A stretch of 63,878 bases of DNA, filler included, from Octopus bimaculoides (lineage: Eukaryota), in NCBI RefSeq assembly GCF_001194135.2. It is 5 parts of 5 records of this genome, joined end to end, with 100 filler letters (N's around TTAATTAATTAA, not from the genome) between each part and the next. Parts side by side here need not be neighbours in the genome. Positions count along the whole stretch, not along the records: positions 62,847 to 63,878 come from NW_026329520.1; 4 more parts are not named here. One strand, written 5' to 3'. Positions 62,847 to 63,878 of this stretch are shown here, piece after piece; within the stretch, counting starts at the first letter, position 1; each line of letters begins with the position of its first letter. Under the pieces are notes generated by a model. That model saw nothing but the letters and a program-made list of their open reading frames with translations. It was not told where the DNA came from and searched no databases. Position numbers and translations under genes: made by a program.

Positions 62847-63808
62847 AAATTAGAACATTTTTAACCATTAAGAACATGAAGTCGCTACAAATTAGAACTC
62901 AGAACTCTCTGCATTCAATAAAACAGTGGTCTTGCTCAGAAAAAGCGCGTCAAAGATGAAATTGTTCTTAGATCCGGTTCCACACGAAGTCTTTGAATGG
63001 TTAGATTTTTTGATGGCGTTGGTAATATTCTAGCGAATCACCATCGTTTTCTTGAATTTTGTTTTTGCATTGGATATAGTGATCATGGTTCGACTGCTAA
63101 ATATTCCTGCTATATGTGTATTTCAAATATCTTGGATCTATACAATTATTTACTTTTCTACCTCCTGTTAAATCGGACAATCGGTTAAAACCGACATCTT
63201 TCACTACTATTAATGCTACTGTCTACTTTACATTTAAAAAAATCTATCAAGTTTTAAGTATAAGCGTGCGTGTATGTATATGTATGTTTAATTTCTACAT
63301 ACCAAGATGAATATTTATAATAATGAATATAAATATTCATATTTTCAAGCAAGGACACTGCCAAGAGGGAAAATTTTCATTTAGGTCGCTAATAATAAGA
63401 ATAATCAACTTGAAGTAGCTTGTAGGCAAGCAACGGTTTACCAAGCAGAGACTTAATGATCGCTTCTCTATTACTTGTGGTTGAATTGCCTGGAAGAGAG
63501 CTGTTTCAGCACATTGAATTTATTTATTTTGTCGATTGCACACCTGTCTCACTTGAGGCAAATTCGACATTGTAATGAAAGAACAGTAACGTCTTTAGAA
63601 ATATGTCTAATGTATGGAAATTCAGTATTTGATATGACTAACTCTGTAGAATTAACCTTGAAGCCTGCAGTGTCGACTCAAATTAAAGTAAGCTTCCAAA
63701 TCAGTTTCTTGTTTAGAGATAAAATGGATCAAGAATTACCGCCTTCTTCGTCGGCTGTCCGATACTTTAGTCACTCAGCTATCTGTTTTCTAACATTATT
63801 TCTACTAA

Positions 63809-63878
63809 GGCGGCTAGCTGGCAGAAATATTAGCACGCCGGGTGAAATGCTTAGCGGTATTTCATCTGTCTTTACATT
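63809..63878 (+). mobile_element. SINE family C head, cut by the window end
   Basis: ggcggctagctggcagaaatattagcacgccgggtgaaatgcttagcggtatttc. Confidence 0.88.

Noticed and set aside
63116-63160. FKYLGS reverse-transcriptase motif
   Set aside because: An isolated hexapeptide with no other RT motifs in frame.

Overview
AT-rich, repeat-saturated animal DNA from a short-read assembly, with many N gaps. Most gaps abut simple repeats, and four are artificial 100-bp spacers (N44-TTAATTAATTAA-N44). The repeat content most resembles an octopod/coleoid cephalopod genome, inferred from the repeat types only. It includes dense (CA)n/(TA)n/(TATG)n/(GATA)n/(AAT)n/(CAT)n arrays and many tRNA-derived SINEs of at least five related families. 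No complete protein-coding gene is visible; almost all ORFs in the track are microsatellite or gap read-through. Recognisable coding remnants are all transposon-derived: three Tc1/mariner fragments, a Tx1/L1-like EN+RT remnant, two RTE 3' ends, a CR1/L2-group 3' end and four R4/Dong-like restriction-like-endonuclease (RLE) retroelement 3' ends. The most notable structures are: (1) a nest at 15.5-18.2 kb of five retroelement pieces, four of them inserted in one (AAT)n tract, including two copies of a non-coding element with a fixed 3' junction and variable 5' truncation; (2) several hammerhead-ribozyme-like motifs of the minimal Penelope type (46.1, 49.1, 60.3, 61.5 kb); (3) three co-oriented CTCF-like motifs at 7.9-8.1 kb; (4) SINEs with swapped heads and tails, and a SINE family carrying an internal microsatellite; (5) several long hairpins; (6) a few isolated candidate exons, the best being a Kozak-ATG, signal-peptide-like exon at 3233-3319.
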